DNA of 64,000 nucleotides from a virus. Positions 19,202 to 28,625 of this stretch are shown here, piece by piece (position 1 is the stretch's first letter; each line of letters opens with the position of its first letter). Under the pieces are notes generated by a model. The model was not told the DNA's origin and searched no databases. It was given only the letters and a program-made list of their open reading frames with translations. Where the stretch lies: positions 1 to 64,000 of IMG/VR virus record IMGVR_UViG_3300036818_000105. One strand, written 5' to 3'. A program made the translations under genes and the position numbers.

Positions 19202-19483
19202 TTGAGCGACAAGACCACTGCGGAAGCGCCGGGCCGGCAGGCCGGGCTCTCTGTCGCGGAGGCCGCGGCCGCGATCGGGCTGTCCAAGATCACCGTGCTC
19301 CGCCGCATGCGGAGCGGCGCGTGGCCGGGCGGCAGGTGCGGTGCGAAATGGCTCGTATCCCAGCCGTTCGTTGACGCGCTCGTCATCGCGCTGACCACCA
19401 GCGCGCAGGTAAACGTCGAGGTCTTCGCCGCCGAGTGGATGACACGCAGCGAAAGCGGCGCGCCAGCCGGGGCGGTGGCCTAG
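19202..19483 (+). CDS. excisionase-like HTH protein
   Basis: LSVAEAAAAIGLSKITVLRRMRSGAWPG.RCG.KWLV. Confidence 0.8.
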   Translation: MSDKTTAEAPGRQAGLSVAEAAAAIGLSKITVLRRMRSGAWPGGRCGAKWLVSQPFVDALVIALTTSAQVNVEVFAAEWMTRSESGAPAGAVA

Positions 19484-19869
19484 GTGAAAGTTCCCCGGTC
19501 GCGTGCGACACCCCCGGCCCCGCTATGCCGAGGGCGTCCGCAACGCAACTCTTCCCGAGTGGCTGAGCGACGAGATCACCCGCCGTGCCGAGGCTGACGC
19601 GGCCGAGACCGACCGGCTAGCCCGCAGGGCCGCTTACGACAAGTGGGCCAAGGACTACGCCGCCTACATGATCGAGGGCCGGCCCGATGCGTGAGCAGGC
19701 TCTTGAGCAGACCGAGGTGTGCCAGGACTGCGGGAGGCCCTACCTGGTCGCCAGCGGTCATACCTGCCGTCCCCGGACCTGACCCCGAAACGAAACGGGC
19801 CGCCACCGGTATCTGACACCGGAGCGGCCCTCGCACCCCAGCCGACTCAACCGGAACAGGAGCGCTTGA

Positions 19870-20211
19870 GTGAGCACTCTAACCCACCGCCCTCCCCAGG
19901 GCACCCGGCCCGCTAGCGACAGGGAGGCGGAAGCCATGGCGTTCGCCTCCGCCGGCAACACCCCGGAGAGCCTCCGCGCCCACGCCGGCGACTCCCTGGT
20001 GACCGGGGCCCTCGCTGAGCACTGCCAGCTGACGCCGGACCAGGCGCGCGGCTGGCTGCTCGGCATCGCGGAGGCTGTCGAGTCCCTGCCCGCCGCCTGG
20101 GTGACCCCGGGCTACTGCCAGGGCTGCCACCAGAACCACCCCGGCCCGTGCGGCTGCTGGTGCCACCAGCCCGCCGCAGCGGTGCCCGTGCAGGAGGCGC
20201 GCCATGGCTGA
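19870..20211 (+). CDS. hypothetical protein with Cys/His-rich C-terminus
   Basis: CQGCHQNH..CGCWCH. Confidence 0.55.
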   Translation: MSTLTHRPPQGTRPASDREAEAMAFASAGNTPESLRAHAGDSLVTGALAEHCQLTPDQARGWLLGIAEAVESLPAAWVTPGYCQGCHQNHPGPCGCWCHQPAAAVPVQEARHG

Positions 20212-20301
20212 CGCCCCCCGCTCCGTGATCGAGCTTGACACCCGGTTCCCCACTCTCGTGCTCCCCGACGAGCCCGAGGCGGATGAAGACGGGGAGGCGG
20301 C

Positions 20302-20643
20302 GTGAACTCCGCAGCAACCCTCAGCGACGCGCCCGGTACCACGGCGCCCGTCATCCGCGACGTCTGGCTGGCCGCCCTGAAGCTCTACGGCACCGGCCGC
20401 ACCGCCGAAGCCCAGCGTGACATGGCCGATGACCCGGCATGGGTGGCGGGCCTCGCCTACATCGACGGCGTCCCCCCGGACGAGGAGCGGGCGCAGGACC
20501 TCGCGGTCGCGGGCGCCATCGGCCAGCTTGAGGCCGCCGGCCTCACCCCCGAGCAGGCGTACTTCCTCGCCAGCCTGGACAGGGACCTCGGCCCGTACGA
20601 GGACAACGCCGATTTCTCCCGCGTGCCCGAGGTGACCTCGTGA
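20302..20643 (+). CDS. hypothetical protein
   Basis: Coupled ORF. Confidence 0.65.
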   Translation: MNSAATLSDAPGTTAPVIRDVWLAALKLYGTGRTAEAQRDMADDPAWVAGLAYIDGVPPDEERAQDLAVAGAIGQLEAAGLTPEQAYFLASLDRDLGPYEDNADFSRVPEVTS

Positions 20644-20849
20644 GCGCCCGCCAGAGGATCCAGGTACCGCCCGAGAACGGTCCCTTCGCCTCCCTCGGCG
20701 CCGAGCTGGGCATGCTCGACGCCTGCCTTGACAGCGTCGACGCCCTGGCCGAGGCCGACACCGGACCGAAGCACGCCCGTAAGGACGTCCTCGCAGCCGG
20801 GCAGGCCGCCGTCAACGTCGTCAACGGCCGCAGGGGGCGGACCTCGTGA
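20640..20849 (+). CDS. hypothetical protein
   Basis: GTGA-coupled at both ends. Confidence 0.6.
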   Translation: MSARQRIQVPPENGPFASLGAELGMLDACLDSVDALAEADTGPKHARKDVLAAGQAAVNVVNGRRGRTS

Positions 20850-21058
20850 AGTACTTCACCGGGCTGCTCGCCGCCTGCGCTGGCACCTCCGCCGTCATCG
20901 TCGGCCTCGCCGTCGGGACCCCCTCGAACGTGCCCGCGGCCCCTGTCCCGTCCGTCTTCTGCCCGGCAGGCCAGCACGTGACCGGTATCGCCGCCGGGTC
21001 CCCGGAGTGCGCGGGCCCGGCGCGGGTGCCGCAGGTCGCAAAGGGGATGCTGCCGTGA
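20846..21058 (+). CDS. small secreted or membrane protein
   Basis: Signal-like N-terminus; coupled. Confidence 0.55.
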   Translation: MKYFTGLLAACAGTSAVIVGLAVGTPSNVPAAPVPSVFCPAGQHVTGIAAGSPECAGPARVPQVAKGMLP

Positions 21059-21324
21059 TCCCCGTGAAGATCCCCGAGATCCCGCTCCCCGAGCCCGCGT
21101 TCATGATCACGGTCAAGCGCGGGAGCGACAGGAACCGCCGGGCAGCGGTGAGCGCCCTCCGGTTCCTGCTGTGGGTGGTCCCGTCCGGTGCCGTCGACTA
21201 CGTCCTGGCGACCGCGGACGGGGGCCGTCACTCGCCCTGGCTGACCCTGGCCGCCACCTTCGCCCTCCTCGTGACCGCCGTGCTCGTCGTGAACGTGCGC
21301 GACGGCGGGAAGGACAAGTCATGA
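21055..21324 (+). CDS. two-TM membrane protein
   Basis: MIPVKIPE start; two hydrophobic helices. Confidence 0.6.
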   Translation: MIPVKIPEIPLPEPAFMITVKRGSDRNRRAAVSALRFLLWVVPSGAVDYVLATADGGRHSPWLTLAATFALLVTAVLVVNVRDGGKDKS

Positions 21325-21578
21325 CCGCCGCCCTCGCCGCCCGCGGCTGGCGCGCCCAGGCGGCCTGCCAGGGCGCCGACCCTGACCTGTTCTTCCCCGT
21401 CGCCCCGCCGAACACCGGTGCCGGGCAGCGGCAGGTAGCGCAGGCGCGCGAGGTGTGCCGGTCCTGCGCGGTCACCGCCGACTGCCTCCGCTTCGCCCTG
21501 GCCACCCGCCAGGCGCACGGCGTCTGGGCGGGGACGACCGAAGGGCAGCGGGCCGCGGCGCGAAGGACCCTGTCATGA
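21321..21578 (+). CDS. whiB: WhiB-family regulator
   Basis: W..QAAC..DPDLFFP..VCRSC.V..DC..GVWAGTTE.QR. Confidence 0.92.
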   Translation: MTAALAARGWRAQAACQGADPDLFFPVAPPNTGAGQRQVAQAREVCRSCAVTADCLRFALATRQAHGVWAGTTEGQRAAARRTLS

Positions 21579-22003
21579 CCGTCCGCGCCGCCGAGGTCCT
21601 GGCCTGGCACCCGGAGATCCCCGGATGGGACCTGGGTGCCCCGCCGTCCTGGCAGGACGCCGCCCTCTGCGCGCAGACAGACCCAGAGGCCTTCTTCCCG
21701 GAGAAGGGCGGCTCGGTCCGGTCGCCAAAGAGGGTCTGCGCGTCCTGCCCGGTCACGGCCGAGTGCCTTGAGTTCGCGCTTGAGAACCGCATGCCGTTCG
21801 GTATCTGGGGCGGCACGACCGAGCGGCAGCGCCGCGTGATCCTCGCCGCTCGCGAGCGCGAGGCCGGCGCCGTCCGCTGCGATTCGCGCCGGCATGTCCT
21901 CGCCGGGGGCAACGTGCTCCCGGACGGGAAGTGCGCGGCCTGCAGTGCCGCGGCCGCCAGGAGCGCCGAGGGGCGCCGCATTGCGAAGGGGCTGGCGGCG
22001 TAA
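21575..22003 (+). CDS. whiB: WhiB2-like regulator with C-terminal Zn motif
   Basis: WQDAALCAQTDPEAFFPEKGGS..CASC.V..EC..GIWGGTTERQRR; tail C..RH..CAAC. Confidence 0.93.
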   Translation: MTVRAAEVLAWHPEIPGWDLGAPPSWQDAALCAQTDPEAFFPEKGGSVRSPKRVCASCPVTAECLEFALENRMPFGIWGGTTERQRRVILAAREREAGAVRCDSRRHVLAGGNVLPDGKCAACSAAAARSAEGRRIAKGLAA

Positions 22004-22398
22004 TGGCAGACGAGCACGAGCTGGCGATCCTGGCGCAGCGCGGGGAACTCATCCGGGAGGCGCTCAGCAGGCCCCCGGGCCCGGTGCGCCCTGAGCCCGG
22101 CTACTACGTGTCGTACTTCTCGCGGGCCGAGGCCCTTGAGGAGCTACGCGAGATCGAGGACGAGGCCGCGCAGATCCGCCGGCGGCAGCGCCGCCGGGCA
22201 CCCGCGGCCCCCGGGCGCCGCAGCACCGGGGCGAGGCAGGCTGCCGCGCCCGTCCAGAACCGGAGGAATCCCTTGCAGTTCATCAGGCACGTCTTCGGCG
22301 CGGCGGTCATCGTCTCGGTAGTCCGGGGCGTATCGAAAAGCGACAAGAAGCCCGAGCCGCAGCCTGTCCCCTTCCGGCAGTACGGGGGGCGGCGGTGA
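22003..22398 (+). CDS. hypothetical protein (paralog of 22846-23385)
   Basis: TAATG-coupled start; C-terminal hydrophobic segment. Confidence 0.6.
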   Translation: MADEHELAILAQRGELIREALSRPPGPVRPEPGYYVSYFSRAEALEELREIEDEAAQIRRRQRRRAPAAPGRRSTGARQAAAPVQNRRNPLQFIRHVFGAAVIVSVVRGVSKSDKKPEPQPVPFRQYGGRR

Positions 22399-22679
22399 TC
22401 ACCCTCGGCGGGAAGTACCGGCGGCTCGACAAGCTGACCCGGATGATGACCAGGGCGAACGACACCTACCGCGCCGCCGACCCGAAGGACCGCGCCAAGC
22501 GGGCCCGGATCGGCCGCATGCAGCAGAAGCTCAGGGCTGCCCGCGCGGCGGAGGTCAGTCGGCTGCACGGCACCGGGACCCCGCTCGAGGTCGTCGGCGC
22601 GCACCTGGACGCCACCGACCCCTACCGCCGCGGCGTCCCCGGTAACCGCCCCGTCCGGCAGGGACGGGGGTCCCGGTGA
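22395..22679 (+). CDS. basic hypothetical protein
   Basis: Coupled ORF. Confidence 0.6.
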   Translation: MITLGGKYRRLDKLTRMMTRANDTYRAADPKDRAKRARIGRMQQKLRAARAAEVSRLHGTGTPLEVVGAHLDATDPYRRGVPGNRPVRQGRGSR

Positions 22680-22845
22680 GCCGCCCCCGGTACCGGGGGC
22701 GGCTCGTGGCGTGGCGCAAGCGCAACCCGCCCACCGGGCGAGGCAGGGGAAACTCGGCCGTCCCGCGCGGGCGCGACGGCCGCGGCCGGTTCGCCAGCAT
22801 GCCGGGTGCCCGCCGCCCGTTCCGTCCCGTCAGGGAGCTGCCCGC

Positions 22846-23385
22846 ATGAGCCGCGAGCGCTGGCTGGCGGCCCTGGCGAAGCGCGAGGAAGGGCTCCGGC
22901 TGGCCCTTGAGTACCCCAGCGGCGTGATGCGCCCCGGCGGGTACGCCGCGCACTACAACCGCGACGGGTGCCTGAGGGAGCTAGGCGAGATCGCCCGCGA
23001 GCGCGCGAGGCTGCAGGCGCCTCGCCAGGTGCCCGCAACGGCCCCCGCGCGCCGAATCGGCAGGCCCGGCCGCCCGGCCGCGCCCGTTCACAACCGGAGG
23101 AAAACCTTGAAGCTCAGCGCAATCATCGTGGTCGCCGACATGGCGGTCGTCACCTATGTCGAGAAGGGCATGACCGCGGGGCACCCGGCCAGCGCCGGCC
23201 ATCACGCCGTGCCGCCCGCGACCCTCACCGAGCACATCGTCGCCGGCCTGGTATTCGGCTCGCCGATCCTCCTGGTCCTCCTCGTGGCGTGGCTGCTCGC
23301 GGCCCGCGAGGCGAAGGCGAGGGCCGCAGCCTCCGCCCCGCGTTCCGGCTACCGCCTCGGCCAGCAGTCCGGGGGCCGGCTGTGA
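22846..23385 (+). CDS. membrane protein
   Basis: MSRERWL start; two hydrophobic segments. Confidence 0.6.
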   Translation: MSRERWLAALAKREEGLRLALEYPSGVMRPGGYAAHYNRDGCLRELGEIARERARLQAPRQVPATAPARRIGRPGRPAAPVHNRRKTLKLSAIIVVADMAVVTYVEKGMTAGHPASAGHHAVPPATLTEHIVAGLVFGSPILLVLLVAWLLAAREAKARAAASAPRSGYRLGQQSGGRL

Positions 23386-23597
23386 ACACGCTGGCACGCT
23401 GGCGCTTCAACGCGACGCTCCGCCGCCTCGGCCACTCGCCGCGGTGGGTCACCGCCCGCGGGTCCTGGTCGGCCGGGTGCCGCAACTGCTCGTGGTCCTG
23501 GTCCGGGCGCGGCACCCGCCCCGTGAACCTCGCCGCGGCAGTCCGGGCAACGGACACGTGCCAGCGCGGCCGTCGTCGCAGCGGACGGGGGCGCTGA
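23382..23597 (+). CDS. hypothetical protein with GH..W..CxxC
   Basis: Coupled; weakly similar to 23923-24240. Confidence 0.5.
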   Translation: MNTLARWRFNATLRRLGHSPRWVTARGSWSAGCRNCSWSWSGRGTRPVNLAAAVRATDTCQRGRRRSGRGR

Positions 23598-23602
23598 CCC
23601 CG

Positions 23603-23926
23603 ATGACCACCCGGGCCGCCCTTGCCGCCGGCACTGCCGTGTCGCTTGCCGTTACCGCCGTGTGGTCGTGGACGGCCACGCTGTCGATCGGCGCGCCCGC
23701 GGCCCCGCGCCTGACCCGGAACCTGCCGGGCGACTACGCGCAGCTCGCCGCGGCGGCCACCGGGAGCAGCCCGTGGGCGCTGTTCGCCGTCGTGGCCGCG
23801 ATCTACGTCCTGTGCTTCCTCGCCTCCGGGCTGCTCGCCCGGCGGAGGGCACTGCGGGAAGCGGCCGGTGACCTTGACCCGGATCAAGACACTAGGCCCG
23901 CAACGGCCTACGGGAAGGCGGCATGA
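23603..23926 (+). CDS. two-TM membrane protein
   Basis: Two hydrophobic helices. Confidence 0.55.
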   Translation: MTTRAALAAGTAVSLAVTAVWSWTATLSIGAPAAPRLTRNLPGDYAQLAAAATGSSPWALFAVVAAIYVLCFLASGLLARRRALREAAGDLDPDQDTRPATAYGKAA

Positions 23927-24240
23927 TGGCCGGCCGGTTCACGGTGCGCAGCCAGTCAGGGATCTCGGTCTACTCGCGCACGTACAAGGACACCCCCGCG
24001 GGCCGCCTAGAAGCCGCCCGGGACAAGGCTGCCGACAGTCTCCGCACCGCCGGGCACGACATGATGCACTGGCGGAAGGAAGCGCGGACTACGCCGCCTT
24101 ACTTCAGCGCGCACTGCGGGGCTTGCGGCGCCGGGGTGAAGGTCGTTGCCGGCCGGGCTCCCGCGAACCTGCCCGGCTACCCGAGCCTTCTCCGGCTCCG
24201 CAAGGTCCAGTGGTGCCCGGGCAAGGTGCGCCGCCGATGA
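23923..24240 (+). CDS. hypothetical protein with GH..W..CxxC
   Basis: Coupled at both ends. Confidence 0.6.
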   Translation: MMAGRFTVRSQSGISVYSRTYKDTPAGRLEAARDKAADSLRTAGHDMMHWRKEARTTPPYFSAHCGACGAGVKVVAGRAPANLPGYPSLLRLRKVQWCPGKVRRR

Positions 24241-25250
24241 CCGCCTACCGGTACAGCCGTTACCGGGCCCCGCGCCGCTACCGCCGGGTCCGTTACCCGT
24301 ACCGCTTCCGGTCCCGCAAGCAGCAGAACGCCGGGGCCTTCCCCGTCGTTGCGATCGTCGGCGCGGTCCTGCTTGCCGGGGCGGGGGCGGGGGCGAAGGC
24401 GGTCGTCCACCACGCGCCGAAGCCCGCGGCGAAGGCACCCGCCGTCACTGACCCCGCGGCGGCAGGCGTGATCGCCTTCGCCCGCTCCAAGGTCGGCAAG
24501 GTCCCCTACGCGTGGGGCGGGACGACGGACGCGGGCATGGACTGCTCGGGCCTGGCGCAGTCCGCCTACGCCGCGGCAGGGGTCCCGGTCGAGCGGACCT
24601 CGCAGGAGCAGTGGGCGTCCGAGCGGCGCGTGCCCGGCTCCGAGGTGACCGCCGGGGACCTGGTGTTCTTCGCCGGGTCGGACGGCACCGCCACCGCGCC
24701 GGGGCACGTCGGGATCGTCGTCAACCCGGCCGCCCACACCATGATCGACGCGTACGAGACGGGGACGTACGTCCGCTACGACACCTACGGGCTTGCCTCG
24801 TCAGCGCCGGGCCTGGGCACTGTCGTCGGCTTCACCGACCCCGACCCCAAAGCCCCCGCCTCCCCGGTTACGGCAGCGGCACCCGGCCCCGGGGAGACGG
24901 GTTACGTTTCCGCGCTCCTGGCCGCCGTCGGCGCGCCGGACGACAGCGCGAACGAGGACTCGGTGGCGGACTGGGCGCGCCTTGAGGGCCCCTGGGGGAC
25001 GGTCGGGCGCTGGAATCCCCTGAGCACCACCCTCGCCGAGCCGGGGTCGTGGAACTTCAACACCTTCGACGGGGACCTGCACGTGCAGTCGTACCCGACT
25101 GAGGCCGAGGGAGTGCGGGCGACCGCCGCGACGCTCCTGTCCGGCTACCCGCAGATCGTGTCCGCGCTCCGCTCCGGCGCGGGCGTGTGCGGGACGTCCC
25201 TCGCGGGCGAGTTCGGCGAGTGGAGCGGTAACTACGAGGAGGTCTGCTAG
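24237..25250 (+). CDS. membrane-anchored NlpC/P60 peptidase with lysozyme-like C-terminal domain
   Basis: PYAWGG..MDCSGL..GDLVFF..HVGIV; C-terminal E..WNPLSTT..VQSY..EG..ATAATL..Y. Confidence 0.88.
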   Translation: MTAYRYSRYRAPRRYRRVRYPYRFRSRKQQNAGAFPVVAIVGAVLLAGAGAGAKAVVHHAPKPAAKAPAVTDPAAAGVIAFARSKVGKVPYAWGGTTDAGMDCSGLAQSAYAAAGVPVERTSQEQWASERRVPGSEVTAGDLVFFAGSDGTATAPGHVGIVVNPAAHTMIDAYETGTYVRYDTYGLASSAPGLGTVVGFTDPDPKAPASPVTAAAPGPGETGYVSALLAAVGAPDDSANEDSVADWARLEGPWGTVGRWNPLSTTLAEPGSWNFNTFDGDLHVQSYPTEAEGVRATAATLLSGYPQIVSALRSGAGVCGTSLAGEFGEWSGNYEEVC

Positions 25251-26189
25251 ATGGGCACCGGGACGATCATCGACATTGCCCTGTACGCGGGGTGCGGCGC
25301 CTGCGCCCTTGAGGCCGTGGCCGCTTACGCGCGCCTGGCACGGGCGAGAGACGGGCACAAGGACGCCGGCAGCTGGCACGCCCCGCTGATCTTCACCTCC
25401 GCCGCCTTCGCCCTGCTCGGCATCCTCGGCGTCCTGTCCCCGGCGTCCGCCGCGGTCCTCGCGGCCCTGCCGCTGGCCGCGGTCGCCGCGATCGTCTGGC
25501 GCGCCTGGCGGGCGGCGGCAAGGGCGCTGGGGTGGGCGAAGGCGACGGCCATCGTCCTGGGCGGCCTTGCCGGCCGCGTGCGCGAGGCCCTGGGGCACAC
25601 CCGCGAGGACCTTCGCGACCTCCGCGGCAAGCTGAGCCGGGAGGGCGCCCCCGCTGATCCCGCAGCCCCCGGGGACGGCGGCCGCCGTTCAGCCGGCGGG
25701 GCGCCGAGGCTGGGGGCCGTCACCCGCGCCCGGCACGTCCCCCCGCTGATGGATGACCCGTACCTCGGCGCGCACCCCTACCCCGCCGACGTCGCCGCCA
25801 GCCTTGAGCTGGACCGGGTTCCCGTGCCCCCGCACTGGGACCGGACCGCGCAGGTCATCAGCGACTTCGATCCCGAAGACGACGACGACACGCAAGGGCA
25901 CGTCGCCGGGGAAGCCGCCGGGGTCCTCACCGTCGCCGCGGCGGTCGAGAACCGGGCAGAGCACCTCGCGCTCGCGGTCGGCCTGGACCCGGCGATCATC
26001 GAGGCCCACTATGACATCGCGGAGGGGTTCGCCGAGCTGGCCACCCGCTACGCGCTCCTCGTCCGCCGCGACCACCTCGTCATGGGGGACCTGCGCGAGT
26101 ACCGCGACCAGGGCGGGGTCATCCCGCACGACGGCCGCCGGTACATGGACGCCGGCGACCCCCGCCCCGACGGGGGCCAGGCGGCATGA
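25251..26189 (+). CDS. membrane protein, putative transfer accessory
   Basis: N-terminal TM helices; directly upstream of and coupled to traB. Confidence 0.6.
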   Translation: MGTGTIIDIALYAGCGACALEAVAAYARLARARDGHKDAGSWHAPLIFTSAAFALLGILGVLSPASAAVLAALPLAAVAAIVWRAWRAAARALGWAKATAIVLGGLAGRVREALGHTREDLRDLRGKLSREGAPADPAAPGDGGRRSAGGAPRLGAVTRARHVPPLMDDPYLGAHPYPADVAASLELDRVPVPPHWDRTAQVISDFDPEDDDDTQGHVAGEAAGVLTVAAAVENRAEHLALAVGLDPAIIEAHYDIAEGFAELATRYALLVRRDHLVMGDLREYRDQGGVIPHDGRRYMDAGDPRPDGGQAA

Positions 26190-28258
26190 TCCCCGGCAGC
26201 GAGGAGGACGCCGGCTTCGCGCGGCTGGCCCGCACCCCCGCGGAGACGGCCGCCGCGGCGGTACGGCCGGCCTGCTCCCTGGTGTGGACGGCGGCGGAAG
26301 TCATGCACTGGGCCGGCGTACAGGGCTCCGCCGACCTGGGGATCGCAACCGTCGTCGCGTCCTCGCTCGCCTGGGGGGCCGCGTCCCGCGGGTGGGTCCC
26401 GCCCGCGCTGCCCGCCTGGGTGGCGCTGGCCGGCGGGTGGACCGCCGCCGCCTGGTACCTCGGCCCCCTCGCCTGGCTGCCCGCCCCCATGCTGACCGCG
26501 GCGTGGATCGTCATCACCTGGGCCGCGCACCGGGCCGCGCGCCGTCACCCGGCCGTTGCCGGCGCCCGTCAGTGGCGGGAGGCGCGCGGCCGCTGGCTCG
26601 CCGTCCGCGGCAACTGGGGCCTGGGCGGCAGCCACCTGCTCGATTACCAGGAAACCCGCGTCGGCGAGCTGTACACCGTGTCGGCGCGGAAAGCGTCCCG
26701 CTACATTGGCAACCGCTCGGCCGAGGAGGACATCGCCGAGGCGGAGAACCTGCCGCTCGGCCGCGTCCAGATCCTGCCGCACGAGCTCGCCGGCCGGATC
26801 ATCATCTCGATCCGGCGCAAGGACCCGTGGGCGGAGCCGATCCTGCACCCGCTGACCGGCGAGAACCCGGATGCGGAACTGGCCGAGCGGCGCAGCATTA
26901 CCGACCTGGTGCCAGTCGGCCAGCACCCGGAAGCCGGCGGCCTGCTCACCATCCAGCTGTACGACGCCGAGGCCGGCGGGAAGAACATCGACATCACCGG
27001 CATCAAGGGCGCGGGGAAAGACGTGCTACTCGCCAGTGTCGCCGAGCACGTGACCGCGTGCGACGACGCGGTCATGGTGTGGATCGACGTCTCCATCAAG
27101 GGGACTGCCCAGCTGGGCGCCTGGGGCCCGGCGTGCCACCTGACCGCGCTCGGGGCGGACGCGAAGGCCCGCGCCGTCGCCGTCGTGGGGGTCCTCAACA
27201 AGGTCATCGAGTGGCGGGCCCGCACCTACAAGCCGGGCACCTACGCGCCGTCGGCGGATGACCCCGCAATCGTCCTGGTCGTCAACGAGTCGGACGCGGC
27301 CGCCGCGGTCCCCGGCCTCAAGCGGGAACTGGACGACTTCGCGACCAAGGCGCGCGAGTTCGGCGGTGTCTACATCCACGCGGGGCAGCGGAACACCAAC
27401 GACTACCACAGCGCGAAGCAGCGGTCCCAGGACGACGTGCACTGCACCGGGATGCTGGCCAACGCTAACGAGGCCCGGCACGCCGGCGGCTTCCCCCCGG
27501 CGCTGCGGGTCGGCGTGTGGTCAATCAGCATGCTCGGCGGCAGCACGGCCACCGGCCGCACGTGGGTGTTCGCCGCGACTAAGGCCGCCCACGGCGCGGC
27601 GGTCGAGCGGGTCGCCGCGGAGCGCGCGTTCAGTCAGCCGGGACTCCCCGCCGAGTGCCGGGAGTACCTCGGCGAGAGGTACGCGGCGCTGCTGGCGTCG
27701 GAGGTGTTCCCCCGGTGGGCGCAGGGACGCGACCCCGGCGGCTACGCGCCCGGCGGAGACGACGCGCAGGACGGCCCGCCCGCGGCACGGCCCGACGACG
27801 CGGCCGCGGCCCTCCCGGCCGTAACCGCGGCCACGGTAACCGCGGTCGCCGATCATGACCTCGAGGAGATGTGGAAGGCCCCCATGGACGAGAGCACCGC
27901 GGCGCGGAACGCGGCGATCCACCGGAAGCTCACGGACGCCAGCCGGAGCCTGGCCGTAGCCGCGGCGATTCCCCGGCCTGAGCCGGTCGCCCCGGAAACG
28001 CGGGCCGCGTTCACTGCGGAGCGGTGGCGGCAGGTTGCCGACGAGCCTCCCCGCCAGGTGCTCGGCCCGCTGCTGGGGATGCTCGAGGAGGGCACGACGA
28101 TCAGCGCGGTCGCCGGCCAGTTCACGGGCGGCAAGAAGTGGCAGGCCCGCAAGTGGCTGGAGTACCTCCGGCTCGCGGGCGCGGCCTACGTCGACGGCGA
28201 GCGGTCGGCGGCCCGCTGGCGGCTGGCCCCTCCCCTGGGCGAAGGTGACGCGCAGTGA
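26186..28258 (+). CDS. traB: TraB-like FtsK/SpoIIIE DNA translocase
   Basis: N-terminal TMs, Walker A GIKGAGKD, Walker B-like IVLVVNE, AGQR, C-terminal winged helix ending RWRL. Confidence 0.8.
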   Translation: MIPGSEEDAGFARLARTPAETAAAAVRPACSLVWTAAEVMHWAGVQGSADLGIATVVASSLAWGAASRGWVPPALPAWVALAGGWTAAAWYLGPLAWLPAPMLTAAWIVITWAAHRAARRHPAVAGARQWREARGRWLAVRGNWGLGGSHLLDYQETRVGELYTVSARKASRYIGNRSAEEDIAEAENLPLGRVQILPHELAGRIIISIRRKDPWAEPILHPLTGENPDAELAERRSITDLVPVGQHPEAGGLLTIQLYDAEAGGKNIDITGIKGAGKDVLLASVAEHVTACDDAVMVWIDVSIKGTAQLGAWGPACHLTALGADAKARAVAVVGVLNKVIEWRARTYKPGTYAPSADDPAIVLVVNESDAAAAVPGLKRELDDFATKAREFGGVYIHAGQRNTNDYHSAKQRSQDDVHCTGMLANANEARHAGGFPPALRVGVWSISMLGGSTATGRTWVFAATKAAHGAAVERVAAERAFSQPGLPAECREYLGERYAALLASEVFPRWAQGRDPGGYAPGGDDAQDGPPAARPDDAAAALPAVTAATVTAVADHDLEEMWKAPMDESTAARNAAIHRKLTDASRSLAVAAAIPRPEPVAPETRAAFTAERWRQVADEPPRQVLGPLLGMLEEGTTISAVAGQFTGGKKWQARKWLEYLRLAGAAYVDGERSAARWRLAPPLGEGDAQ

Positions 28259-28326
28259 GCGGCCTTGAGCCTCAGTGCCCGCCTCGCGCGTGCCCGCGCG
28301 CCCGCTCGCGGATGCGGGCGACGAAA

Positions 28327-28390
28327 CTTGAGCGCACTCAAGCCTGAACCCTTGAGTGCGCTCAAGTTCCGGCCCTTGAGTGCACTCAAG
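28327..28390. repeat. three 16-bp palindromes CTTGAGYGCRCTCAAG at 24-bp period
   Basis: Copies at 28327, 28351, 28375; half site at 28264. Confidence 0.9.
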
Positions 28391-28625
28391 GAACAGTTAC
28401 TCACAGTGACGGACAGGCGTGCCAGAAAAGGGCCCGCCTGCGAAAACACCGGAAGGAATCACCGCCGATGCGCTGGAACGGAAACGGGCCCCGGCCAGCG
28501 CGACGCGCTCGAGCGCGAGTTCGCCGGCGCCTAGTCCCCCTTGGACGCGGGTACCCGGTGTATTCCGACCCCCGGCGCCGGGTACCCGCCCCAATCCCCT
28601 GAAAAGATCTTCAAGGACGGTAACG

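Noticed and set aside
19202-19483. Integration module (int/att) next to the Xis-like gene
   Set aside because: No tyrosine or serine recombinase motifs seen anywhere in the window
28327-28390. CRISPR mini-array
   Set aside because: Repeats are 16 bp with 8-bp spacers and no cas genes are present; fits a protein-binding array
28265-28534. ORF with LSALK repeats
   Set aside because: Translation of the DNA palindrome array; the same peptide appears on both strands
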